DNA of 64,000 nucleotides from Strigamia acuminata (Eukaryota): NCBI GenBank assembly GCA_949358305.1, contig OX442314.1, positions 5,022,001 to 5,086,000 of the forward strand, read 5' to 3'. Shown piece by piece: positions 1 to 11,581 of this stretch (position 1 is its first letter; each line of letters starts with the position of its first letter). The notes under the pieces were generated by a model. It saw only the letters and a program-made list of their open reading frames with translations, ran no database searches and was not told where the DNA came from. The position numbers and the translations under genes were made by a program.

Positions 1-650
1 AAATTTTATCAAATTTCATCAAAATTTTATCAAATTTCATCAAAATTTTATCAAATTTCATCAAAATTTTATCAAATTTCATCAAAATTTTATCAAATTT
101 CATCAAATTTCTTCGAATTTCTTCAAATTTCATCAAAATTTTATCAAATTTCATCAAAATTTTATCAAATTTCATCAAAATTTTATCAAATTTTATCAAA
201 ATTTTATCAAATTTCATCAAAATTTTATCAAATTTCATCAAAATTTTATCAAATTTCATCAAAATTTTATCAAATTTCATCAAAATTTTATCAAATTTCA
301 TCAAAATTTTATCAAATTTCATCAAAATTTTATCAAATTTCATCAAAATTTTATCAAATTTCATCAAAATTTTATCAAATTTCATCAAAATTTTATCAAA
401 TTTCATCAAAATTTCATCTAAATTTATCAAATTTCATCTAAATTCTTTCAAAATTAACTCAAATTTTGTTCAAAATTAACTCAAATTTTGTTCAAAATTA
501 ACTCAAATTTTGTTCAAAATTAACTCAAATTTTGTTCAAAATTAACTCAAATTTTGTTCAAAATTAACTCAAATTTGTTTCAAAATTAACTCAAAATTGT
601 TTCAAAATTAACTCAAAATAAACTCAAATTTGGTTCAAAATTCACCAAAA
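1..650. repeat. Intronic minisatellites: ~21-bp unit AAAATTTTATCAAATTTCATC (1-~440), then ~22-bp unit AAAATTAACTCAAATTTTGTTC (~450-640)
   Basis: Tandem units directly visible; they lie upstream of the first ANAPC1 exon in the window. Confidence 0.95.
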
Positions 651-679
651 TTAACAACACGCCATTTTTATTTCACCAG

Positions 680-3028
680 GTGATGGCGGGCACCGGCGAC
701 TTAGAGGTGCTTCGAATCTGCCGCTTCATGCACTTCCGTCTCGGCCAAAGCAACAACTTCATTCTCTACGGCTCTCACCTAGCCACCCACATGGCTCTCG
801 GACTCCTATTCCTCGGCGGCGGAGCGTAAATTAAACCCCAAAAACAAAACAAAAACCAAAAATAATCCAAAATCTCCAGATACACACTCAGCACCAATCC
901 ATTCGCAGTCGCCGCCATGATCTGCGCCTTCTTCCCCAAATTTCCCATCCACAGCAGCGACAACAGGTGCAACAACCAACCCAAAATCCAAAACCAATCG
1001 AATAAACCCAAAAAATCGTTTCCAGGTACCACTTGCAAGCGTTTCGCCATTTATACGTGCTCGCCGTCGAACCACGACTCGTCATACCACGTGACATCGT
1101 CACCAATAGCGTTTGCTACACAGAATTGAACATAAAATTCAAAGTAAAGCAAAAATTAATTATTATTATTATTATTTTTAAATTATTTTTTGATTTTAGG
1201 ACACAAAATGGTACAAGAACGTGAATTATAAGGTGAAGGCGCCATGTTTTTTGCCCGAGTTGGATTTATTGGAGGAGGTATGGTTGTTTGTTGTCATGGT
1301 GATGGGAATTTAATTTGAGTGGCTTTTGGTGGAATTTAATAGGCGGGAAATGGGTTTCCGGGGGGATGATTTGATTGGTTTGTTTGTTTTGTTTAGGTAT
1401 CGGTTGACGACCCGCGGTATTGGCCGATTAGGTTTTGTTGCGATGAGAATTGGAATTCGTTGAAGTCGTTGCTGCATAATCGAGGAATGATGTTTGTCAA
1501 GCAGAAAGCTGGTTATTTGTCTTATGTCGAGGATCCACGGGTTGAGTGAATTTTGTTTATGGGTTTGCGAGTTTGGTGGAAATTTAGCGGAAAGTTGGGG
1601 GATTTTGGTGGGATTTTGTTGAAATTTGTCGAAAAATTTAGAAATTTTGTTGAAATTTGTCGAAAATTTCGATATTTTGTTGAAATTTGTCGAAAATTTC
1701 GATATTTTGTTGAAATTTGTCGAAAATTTCGATATTTTGTTGAAATTTCTCGTAAATTTTCGATATTTTGTTGAAATTTCTCGAAAATTTTCGATATTTT
1801 GTTGAAATTAATTTTGTTGAAATTTCTCGAAAAATTTATAAATTTTGCTGAAATTTCTCGAAAAATTAGGAAATTCCGTTCAAATTTATCGAAAAATCGT
1901 GTAGTTTTATTGAAATTTTGTTTGAATGTTTTGAAAAATTGTGTAAATTCATCTAAATTTTGTTTTAATTTATAGAAATTTGTCTAATTTTGATGAAATT
2001 TATCCAAAGATTGTTCAATTTCGTTTAAATTTATCCAAAAAATGTAAAATTTCGTTGAAATTTCTCGAAAAATTTGGAAATTTTGTTGCAATTTATCGAA
2101 AAATTGTGAAAATTTAATGAAATTTTGTTTTAATCTATAGAAAGTTTTCTCATTTTGATGTTAATTTATTGAAAAAATGTCTAATTTTGATGAAATTTAT
2201 TGAAAAAATGTTGCATTTCTATGAAATTTATCAAAAATTGTGAAATTCTGTTTAAATTTATCCAAAAATTGTCCAATTTCGTTTAAATTTATCCAAAAAT
2301 TGTCCAATTTTGTTTAAATTTATCCAAAAATTGTCCAATTTCGTTTAAATTTATCCAAAAAATATGAAATTTCGTTTAAATTTATCAAAAAAAATATGAA
2401 ATTTCGTTTAAATTTATCAAAAAAAATATAAAATTTCGTTTAAATTTATCTCAAAATTGTCCAATTTCATTCCAAATAGGGATTCCGCAGCGTTCTAACC
2501 CAAAGCCTAACCAAAGACAACGTAGGAAACTGGAACATCAAAGTACATCAAATTAATAAATAAAAACTTCATTCTTAAACATCTTCTTAACATTCTTAGC
2601 CGGATGCAATCGAAGCGTTTACAAAGGATCCCAAAGTCCTAAACTTCACGAAATTTTTTCTCCAAGACCAAACCGATGTCGAGGTAACGACAAAAAAATT
2701 TTCTTAAACTTTAATTGAAATTTAATATTAATAACATTAAATTACATTCCAGGACACGCACCTCAAACAAACCTTGTGTAACGTTTTGTTCGAGTGCGTA
2801 ACTCAAGAAAAATTAGAATTCTTTTCAACATACGTTTCGCTACTGCAGGTGATATTTCGATTAATTTGTATTTATTTATTTATTTATTTATTTGTATTTA
2901 CTTATTTGTATTTATTCATTTTATTATTATTTTTTTATTTATTCATTTATTTATTTTTCTTTTTTTTTATTTATTTCTTTTTATTTATTTATTTATTTAT
3001 TTTTATTTATCTATTTATTTATTTATTT

Positions 3029-3059
<31 letters not shown>

Positions 3060-4248
3060 GACGCTTCAGGAGGTGGAGCCTTCGAATAATTTGTGGCAAA
3101 TTAAATTGGCTGTAACGTTTAGCAAGGCACTGGTTAAAGAAAATAATTTTGCTGTTGCGACATGCAACAATTTGCTCAACCCCGAGTTTGCATTTGCTAT
3201 TCAAAGTCGATTGGAGACGCGACTTTGTGTGTGGAGACGAGGTAAATGGTTCAAAAAGTGTAACAATCCAAATTTGGGATGTAAAAATGCAATTTTTGGA
3301 TTTAATAAGGCACTTTTCTGTGTTAAAATAGACTTGTGTAAAAATATTCTTTGTGTATTTTTGTGTGAAAATGCACTTTTTGTGAGTAAAAATGCACTTT
3401 TTGTGAGTAAAAATGCACTTTTTGTGAGTAAAAATGCACTTTTTGTGAGTAAAAATGCACTTTTTGTGAGTAAAAATGCACTTTTTGTGAGTAAAAATGC
3501 ACTTTTTGTGAGTAAAAATGCACTTTTTGTGAGTAAAAATGCACTTTTTGTGAGTAAAAATGCACTTTTTGTGAGTAAAAATGCACTTTTTGTGAGTAAC
3601 AATGCACTTTTTGTGAGTAAAAATGCACTTTTTGTGAGTAAAAATGCACTTTTTGTGAGTAAAAATGCACTTTTTGTGAGTAAAAATGCACTTTTTGTGA
3701 GTAAAAATGCACTTTTTGTGAGTAAAAATGCACTTTTTGTGAGTAAAAATGCACTTTTTGTGAGTAAAAATGCACTTTTTGTGAGTAAAAATGCACTTTT
3801 TGTGAGTAAAAATGCACTTTGTTTACAAAATTGCACGAAATGCTCTTTTGTGTGTAAACATGAACTTTAAGTTTACAAAATTGCACAAAATGCACTTTAT
3901 GAATGTAAAAATACACATTTATGTGCCCTTTATGTGCCCTTTATCGTTTGGTACTAACATAATTTTACTTTTAAACATAGCAGACAAACTAACGGCTATT
4001 TCCAATTACATAAGCCACCATGTGATGCCAACCGACTTAAACCTAGTTCAATTCCTCGTATATTACGACATTCTATTTTCACATAAATCTCAACTTGAAA
4101 GTAAGTCGTAACATTGTTTATTCTTTTCGATTTCTGTTAATTTTGTTAATTTTTTGCAGCTTCCGGGTCTAATTTAGCCGTGCGGAGTCTTCAATTGAAA
4201 AATTTAAACCTGTCCGTAACAACGCTGATGAGTGTTAGTCAAAGCTGA
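680..4248 (+). CDS. ANAPC1: Anaphase-promoting complex subunit 1, 3' part. Exons 680-825, 880-966, 1026-1143, 1200-1277, 1397-1540, 2480-2542, 2600-2683, 2753-2848, 3061-3241, 3981-4100, 4160-4248 (TGA). The 5' part lies outside the window.
   Basis: All introns are GT-AG and the frame is continuous. Translation VMAGTGDLEVLRICRFMHFRL..YGSHLATHMALGLLFLGGGAYTLSTNPFAVAAMICAFFPKFPIHSSDNRYHLQAFRHLYVLAVEPRLVIPRD..APCFLPEL..RYWP..LSYVEDPRG matches the APC1 PC-repeat/C-terminal region as I recall it. Confidence 0.95.
1600..2470. repeat. Degenerate ~30-bp intronic minisatellite (GAAATTTGTCGAAAATTTCGATATTTTGTT and variants)
   Basis: Tandem units visible inside ANAPC1 intron 1541-2479. Confidence 0.85.
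2868..3058. repeat. (ATTT)n microsatellite filling an ANAPC1 intron
   Basis: Directly visible. Confidence 0.95.
3365..3825. repeat. Near-perfect 21-bp minisatellite AAAATGCACTTTTTGTGAGTA in an ANAPC1 intron
   Basis: Directly visible; it produces the spurious (NALFVSK)n ORFs in the track. Confidence 0.97.
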
Positions 4249-4739
4249 TATTAAAAAAGAAATTTAAAAAATTTTACAATATAATATTTAAATTGTTTAA
4301 ATTTAATTTTTTTTTAACTTTTTCAGTGATGTTGTAAATAAAAGATGATGAGCATTAACAAAAATGTTTCCATCTTTTTTTTGGGGAGGATTTTTAATGT
4401 TTTGGCTATTTTTTGGTTACTTATTGTAAAACATTTTAGATAGTTTTTGATAAATTTTGAATGTTTTATTTTGGTAAAATTTCTGACAATTGTTTGGTGA
4501 TTTTTAAGAATTTGATGGGTTTTTGATGATTTTTGTTGATTTTTCCACAAGTTTTGACAAATTTTGATAAATTTACACAAATTTTTGATAGCTTTTGGTT
4601 ATTTTTGATAGCTTTTGGTTATTTTTCAAGAAGTTTGCATAATGTTTGCATAATTTTTGATAATTTATAATGAATTATTGACAAAATGATAGAAATTTTT
4701 GACAAGTTTACAGATATTTTTGACAAGATTGCAGAAATT

Positions 4740-4872
4740 TTTTACCAATTTTTGACCTGTTTTTGACCTGTTTTTGACCGATTTTTGACCGATTTTTGAC
4801 CGATTTTTGACCGATTTTTGACCGATTTTTGACCAATTTTTGACCATTTTTTGACCATTTTTTGACCATTTT
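4740..4872. repeat. 11-bp tandem repeat GACCGATTTTT and variants
   Basis: Directly visible. Confidence 0.85.
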
Positions 4873-5899
4873 TTTAAATAATATTGAAAAATTTGAGAAA
4901 ATGAACAAAACAATGGTTATTTTTTGCACCACATATAAGCCACCAAAATGCCATTATAAGCAGTATAAAATATAAAAACATGCATAGTAAAAAATTTATT
5001 AACCCTATTATCTGGCCTGTCGGTGTTTATGAAATTACAAACTTTTGAATCAGTTATTTAACTTTTCTACAAATTCTGAAAGCCATTATTAAAATTTATG
5101 TAAAATCACAGAAATTTAAAAACGCTTGTTTTGGTTCATTCCCATTGAAAAAAAATCCTCACTCACTTCTAACGACACGCCGGTAAAAACAGTGCTTAAA
5201 TTTACCGAGTTTGATTTACCAGCTTCAAGCTTGCTGGTGTTTTGGTCATGTGACATTAACAGCCAATCAGAATCGTGACGAAATTCTCGAAGGAGATTTT
5301 GGCGGGAATTTCTTTCTAGCTACCTAGCGAGCTCGACTTTGCCGGTTAAGTAAGCCAAAAGCGGGTCAAGTGTAAAAGACTCCGTCTTGAAACTTGTACT
5401 AGCGAGCTTTGGAATTTTACGCGCTCCCTCGTGTTTCCACCTTCAAACGCGCTTTAAATGCTTAATGGAGTGGAAAAACAGTTTGTTCAGCTACCATTGC
5501 ACCTTATTTGAACTTGTCTCGGAGCTTGTTTGCAGGTGCAACTTAGGACAATCCTAATGCATTGGAATTGAATTTAGTCCTAAAATTAAGCCCAACACAA
5601 AGAGCTTACTTTGGAATAATTTGTTTATATTCAGTTGGTGACAGTTGTCCTCTCCTCCTGCAACTGTGGTTGGATTTCACTGCAACTCGCTAATGTAATT
5701 TGATCACATTTGCATTAAAGCTGCCTTGGATGACAATAAGGATGATACCATTTATCACTTTAACTTGCAACTAACAACTAAATATGACACGTCAATAATT
5801 CAATTACATTTAAGACTGCAATCTAATTTAAAAGGAAAAACATCTCTCAACAAACTCCCTGGATGGCTTCAATTACTCATCTGTTTTTTTAAAGAGTCT

Positions 5900-6240
5900 A
5901 TAGGGCCCTATTCATTACATCTAAGGGGCCCTATTGACTCCATTACATCTAAGGAGCTCAATTGACTCCATTAGATCTAAGGGGCCCAATTGATTTCTTT
6001 AAATTTAGGGGCCCCTAATTGACTTTATTAAATTTAGGGGCCCAAATGACTCTATTAGATATGAGGGGCCCAATTGACTACATTAGATGTAAGGGGCCCA
6101 ATTGACTCCATTCGATCTAAGGGGCCCAGTTGATTTCATTAAATTTAGGGGCCCCTAATTGACTTTATTAAATTTAGGGGCCCGATTGACAACATTAGAT
6201 CTGAGGGGCCCAATTGACTACATTTTATCTTGGGGCCCAG
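5900..6240. repeat. Degenerate ~27-29-bp tandem repeat with GGGGCCC core (GGGGCCCAATTGACTNCATTAGATCTA)
   Basis: Repeated GGGGCCC..TTGACT..ATTAGAT units. Confidence 0.8.
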
Positions 6241-6261
6241 GGTTTTGCAGGAAATATCGCA

Positions 6262-6750
6262 TTACCAGTACATGGTACTTGGTACCAGATAAAAAGTATC
6301 GCAGTACCAAACAAGAAATACCTCGGTACCAGTGCACGGTACTTGGTACCAAACAAAAAATACCATGGTACCTGTGCTCGATACTTGCTTCCAAACAAAA
6401 AATGCCACGGTACCAGTGCATGGTACTTGGTATCAACCAAAAATTATCGCAGTTCTGGCATCGGTACTGGCACAACACTGCAACAATTTCAAGGGGAAAA
6501 AAATACCATGGTGCCATGTTACCAGTGGCATCAGTGGCGGTACCATTAGTACCAGTACCACTTGTACCGGACCAGTGAGACCATTATCAGTGATACTGGT
6601 ACTGGTACTGATGCGGTAAACAGTACTTGATACCGGATGAAAAGTGCCGCATCAGTACCAGTACCAGTATCACTGATAATGGTCTCACTGGTCCGGTACA
6701 AGTGGTACTGGTACTAATGGTACCGCCACTGATACCACTGGTACTGGTGT
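6262..6750. repeat. GTACCA/TGGTAC-rich repeat ending in a long inverted repeat (arms 6520-6616 and 6647-6743); probably a foldback or MITE remnant
   Basis: Arms are reverse complements with one mismatch. Confidence 0.8.
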
Positions 6751-8324
6751 TAGGCTTCGCCTCGAGGTGGCGCCCGCTACCTCCCTCCCCCCGCCCAGCC
6801 AATCATTACCTTGTTGTTTTAATCTTTTTTGGGTTTCGGCCATTTTGTATTTTGGAAATAAAGTCAGTTAGACATACTCAACCGACATGTAGAGTCACTT
6901 TCCGACTCTCGAATCACTTACAACTGGTCACACTGGTCCAGTCCCAGACTCCTCCTGTCAGGGTAATAATGATTTTCTAAAATTTAATTCCAATTTTTGA
7001 CACCCTACAGCGCTGCGTGTAGTTTACGACAACTTTATTTAATATTTGATACTTTTAATCGCTTTTTCCCAGCGATTTGTCACAATCGGTTTCCCGATAA
7101 AACAATAAGCGAAGCGACGTTGAATTTTCAATGACGAATTAAAAAAAATAAAAAAAAAGAATAAAAAACGTCTTATCAAACAAAAAAAGGCAGAAAACTG
7201 CCAAAGGGAGAAGAAAAAATCCTGAATAAAATAAAAAGTTGATTTTTAAGAAGAGCGATCGCGAAGGAAATGAATCTTTTGATGATGAACTGCTCACTGT
7301 GCGTCGCCCCAACGACAACGTGGAGCGCCGTATTTATCAGTTTCCTTTCTCGCTTGATCTTCGCTCAACCGATTTAGATGCAAACACAAACCCTACAAAT
7401 AAATCGACGACAAAAAATTACATTTGGGCCGAAAACATCTTTTTTTCTTCTTTTTTTATTCACAAGAAATAAAAATGGAAGAATAAAAAATATGGGAATA
7501 AAAAAGAGTGAATTGAGGGAACGAAAAAAATTATACAAATTGTCAACAGATGGCGCCGTGTTGAGGAAACACTAAAACGAAATTGCTCTTTTCCTTTTTT
7601 CGTCCGTCTTTTCAATATTGAAATTCCGAGGATAAAGAAATCCAGCGATCGATGCCTTAATAAATTTTTTCTTAATAATTTTTATATTTCTTTTTTAAAA
7701 AAAAAAATAAAAAATTGTTTGGGTTTTCTATATATTAAATAAAAAAGAAATAACAATATCCGGTTTCCATTGAAATACCGAAGCACTTGTTTTTTTAACC
7801 GTTACATCTTTTACAAATGCGATTCGTTTAATAAATTTCCCCGATTTTTTAAAAACTTTGTCTTCTTTTTTTATTTCATTTAAAATAAAAAGTAATGAGT
7901 CTAGCGAATAATAAAACTGTAAATTAAAATGCTCCGCAGCACACTACCGTTCGTCGAAATTGAGAAAAATGGCCGCCATTTGCAGGATCCAAAACAAACA
8001 TTTAATCTCCGATAAATTTGAATTTTTAAACAGTTTTAAAATTTAAAAATTAAAAATAAATCATTGCCGCGTTAAAATTTGCATATTTTAATTTGATGAC
8101 CCCTTTGGTCAACTCGACAACACCACATCATCTATATCTAATGCAAACGATCGAAGTTATCGCTTTATTAATCACGTGTCACGCACCAAATATCACGATT
8201 TCCCTGCACGTCGATACCGATCAATTCAATAAATCGGAAAAATTTAATCGATTCCCACAACCCCGTTGCAACAAACTCAAAACCACACCCTGACAACACT
8301 TTTAAAGGGCCCCCCAAACACTCC

Positions 8325-8690
8325 AATGTACTGGACCCTAAAATCTAGCCCTAACATCTAAGGGCCTTAAAATCTAGGGGCCCTAAAATCTAGGGGCCCT
8401 AAAAGCTAAGGGCCCTAAAATCTAGAGGCCCTAAAATCTAGGGGCCCTAAAATCTAGGGGCCCTAAATTCTAGGAACCCTAAAATCTAGGGACCCTAAAG
8501 TCTAGGGATCCTAAATTCTAGGAACCCTAAAATCTAGGGACCCTAAAGTCTAGGAATCCTAAAATCTAGGGGCTCTAAAATCTAGGGGCCCTAATATCTA
8601 GGAGCCCTAAATTCTAGAGACCCTAAAATCTAGGGCCCTAAAATCTAGGAGCCCTAAAATCTAGAGGCCCTAAAATCCAAGGGGCCTTAA
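8325..8690. repeat. ~16-17-bp tandem repeat GGGGCCCTAAAATCTA, with degenerate GGGCCC units continuing to ~9210
   Basis: Directly visible. Confidence 0.9.
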
Positions 8691-10074
8691 AAATGGCTTC
8701 TATTGAAGTTCAGGGCCCGTTAATAAATTTAAAAGCACTTTTCGCGGGCCCCGAAAACGAGAGGCCTCAAAACAACCCCCATGGTGTTGGGGCCCCTAAA
8801 ACGCCTTCGATTTAAAATCCGGGCCCGATAATGCATTTAAAAGTTTCTGAGCACCATTTTCTGCGGGCCCCTAAACCGAGGGGCCCTAAAACAACCCGTA
8901 CACTGAAAAATTCCAACAGATTAGAGTTATTCAGGACCATTCTCGGGGCCCAAGATGTTGTGGGCTCCTAGCCCTAAACGACCCGATAACACTTTTAAAA
9001 GTCCCAAAGCAGTTTTCGTGGGTTTACTAAAATCTAGGGGGCCCAAAAACCCTCATTATTGCAAATCAGGGCCCGATAAGACATTCAAAAGGCCCCGAGC
9101 TTCAGTTTTCGGTTCAGGGGCCCTAAAACAGCCTCGATATTAACTTTCTCGGGGCCCGGCAGAATACAGTTGTTATTTTTCACCGGGCCGGTGTGAGGGC
9201 CCTAAAATGGATTTTATTGCGGGGGGGCCGCACTCACCCGACGTCATTTATCACAAGTTTGGGGAAAAAGTGGAAAAGTTGTTTTATTTTTTCTCTCGTA
9301 ATTGCAGAAGCGTCGTAGCAAGGACGGCGAGAGCGGCGAACAGTTTTATCCACACGTCACTTCCGCTAATAGCGTAAATTGCATCATCCATCATTCGCTA
9401 AGACCAGAACGACTCGCAACCTGCAAATTGAATAATGGACGCGTCGTTTTCAAGCGGGAAGAGGCAACTTTAGTTCAGGTGAGATTTGCCTTTTCCTTTT
9501 CTATTTCTCTCGACTCTCGCCACCCATCCGCGCCATATGTTCAACAAGGCGCGACCAACGACTGATTTCCATTTGCAACTCGTGTTGCGAAACTCGGCAG
9601 TAAATCATAAAAAGAAAAGGAAAAGGGAAAAAAATGGAAGAAAAATGGCGTCGCTGTGTGTAAAGAAACGGGAAATAGCAGGTCACGTGGCACGTCGTTT
9701 ACAGCGGATAGAAGAATGAGAAAGGAAGAAAGAAAAATGTTGAAACGAGCGAGTTGAGACTTTTTCTTTTTCTTTCTTTTTTTATTACTTTATTTCCTGG
9801 GCTGATCTTTGAAACGACGATCTAATGAAAATGGAAACTCGAACGGAAAACACTGCAAACTAATGGGGTTTTAGGAAAAGGTGGTTTTCGTTTAATAGTC
9901 GAATGGAAGTTCATCTTTTAGATATTTCCATTGATTAAGAAGTTTTTAACGGAATGTGGATTTTTTTTTGTTTAAAATTTAATTTTCTTTTGAATATTTC
10001 CATCGGTTTAAAAAATTGTTTAAAGTTTTGCTTTTAAGATGGCGCCCAGTTCGTTTCGGGTTTTGGGATTTTCT

Positions 10075-10299
10075 TCACTCTTGTCGTTCGCAGATGCATT
10101 TCTTACGTCCGTTACACTCACCGTGAATGGTGTCACCAAGCTTGCTACAACGTTTTTCGCATTTTTTATTATCACAGACCGCATTAGCTGCTAATTAAAA
10201 CACATCAATTGGTCAATAATTAATGAATTATTTGTGTGCATAATTAAACTTGCCCGTGCAGGACAGAATAAGAAAGAACAAGATGATTAGATATTTCAT
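10075..10299 (-). CDS. Secreted CS-alpha/beta (defensin/short scorpion-toxin-like) peptide 1, 53 aa. Exons 10299-10254 and 10190-10075.
   Basis: Spliced product MKYLIILFFLILSCTAANAVCDNKKCEKRCSKLGDTIHGECNGRKKCICERQE*. Signal peptide, then C-x4-C-x3-C-x10-C-x5-C-x-C with a GxC motif. Phase-1 GC-AG intron (GCAAGT donor) at the same position as the GT donors of its paralogs. Confidence 0.85.
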
Positions 10300-10417
10300 T
10301 TTTGACGGATGAAACAACAAGTTAACTTGTGAATTATGGAAGATCCATTTTGCCGGATGTCGCTGCCGTAGTTGCGATGTACAGAGGTATAATTATATTT
10401 AATAGCAATCTATCAAT

Positions 10418-10702
10418 TAGACTTTGACCGATATCGATATTTTGCAGTATTGCCGATACCGATAATCGGCAACCGAATAAGGGCTGATACTGATACCTGC
10501 GCCGATATTAAAATTAAATTAATTAAAAATATATAAATTATAATGCTTCAAAAGCGTTTCTAAAACATATCGTTTTAGTCTAAAATGATATGTTTTGGAA
10601 ACGTGGCAATTTCGGTATCGGACACGCAAAAAAATATCGGATCCGAATCGGTGAATACCGAAATATCGGCCGATAACCGATACCGGTATCGGTCAAAGTC
10701 TA
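10418..10702. mobile_element. hAT-type MITE
   Basis: TIR TAGACTTTGACCGATA / TATCGGTCAAAGTCTA; perfect 8-bp TSD CTATCAAT (10410-10417 and 10703-10710). Confidence 0.92.
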
Positions 10703-10961
10703 CTATCAATGGTATTGAATTAATTCCATTCAATTGATTTGATGAGACACTATAAATTTTAATATTTTAATTAGTTAAAATCAGTATCAGATTCATAAGA
10801 CGTAAAAAAAAATTACAAAGGGGCGCAGTAGTAACGTAAAACGTGTTGTTTGTTGTGGGCCAGAAAAATGTATACAACCTTTGACGGAGGATATTTATGG
10901 AGTTATTTCGAAGTTGGATGGTATTACGGCGATGCATACAGGGCGCGACATAGCAAAGCGC

Positions 10962-11554
10962 TGTGACCGCCAGGCCACCTAGGTGACCTGCGGCACTGCC
11001 ACACACCACCGTGCGGCCCCAAAGGTCAACCCCTACGTGGGTAGTTGACCTAGCCCGGGGAGGAGGGAGTAGAGTGGTGTGGTGAGGAGGGAGTGTGGTG
11101 AGAGAGTTGAGTGTTGGACACGGCCTGAGAAGGACGTGCCTGCAGCAGCTCCCCGAGAGGAGAAGGTGTTCATCTGGGAGGGACAAGCAGTGTCCCGGTT
11201 TGACTCTGTACTCCTCACCATTCACCACGATGATACTCAGTATGACGGCTCCCACCGTTATACAGCCTCCATGAGTGGACGCGTGGGTCGTAGGTAAGTA
11301 CGACACGAATGTTAAGTCGAACCGACCACGCCACGCATTGGGTTCCCACCCAGTGTGTGGCGGGTCGGTTGCCGGTGCGGTGTGCCTTCGTGGCACCTCT
11401 GCAGCGGATGACGGGTTTCCCCATACCCCTAGACAACGCAATAAAGGCCAACCAACCAATATTGTGGGAAGTCTCCGTCATTTACGTGAAGTATGCGTCC
11501 CTACCAAGTGTTCTCAGTCCCCTGACTACACTGGAAGAGACCATAGCAGTCACA
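10962..11554 (+). repeat. 5' LTR (593 bp)
   Basis: Direct repeat of 28120-28712 with 2 substitutions by eye; TG...CA ends with a 6-bp terminal inverted repeat; AATAAA near 11440. Confidence 0.97.
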
Positions 11555-11555
11555 A

Positions 11556-11581
11556 TTGAGGGCCCTGTCCTGGATTTGAAC
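11556..11581 (+). other. Primer-binding site, imperfectly complementary to the 3' end of tRNA-Pro
   Basis: TGAGGGCCCTGTCCTGGATTTGAAC versus the expected TGGGGGCTCGTCCGGGATTTGAAC, 2 nt after the LTR. Confidence 0.65.

Noticed and set aside
3073..3916. Long ORFs with (NALFVSK)n, (KSAFLLT)n and (QKVHFYS)n repeats
   Set aside because: These are translations of a 21-bp intronic minisatellite; only 3061-3241 is a real ANAPC1 exon.
6159..6980. Overlapping VPVPLV/WY-rich ORFs on both strands
   Set aside because: Artefacts of the GTACCA repeat and the palindrome.
5900..9230. Regularly spaced GGGGCCC repeats as a CRISPR-like array
   Set aside because: There are no unique spacers and no cas genes, and the context is eukaryotic. 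They are degenerate tandem or subterminal repeats.
7000..9900. AAAATGGCG/GCCGCCATT (YY1-like) motifs and moderately complex non-coding blocks (also 33200-34100, 56300-57000 and 60700-61050)
   Set aside because: No consistent spliced ORF or RNA structure was found. They may be regulatory, but the sequence alone cannot support that.
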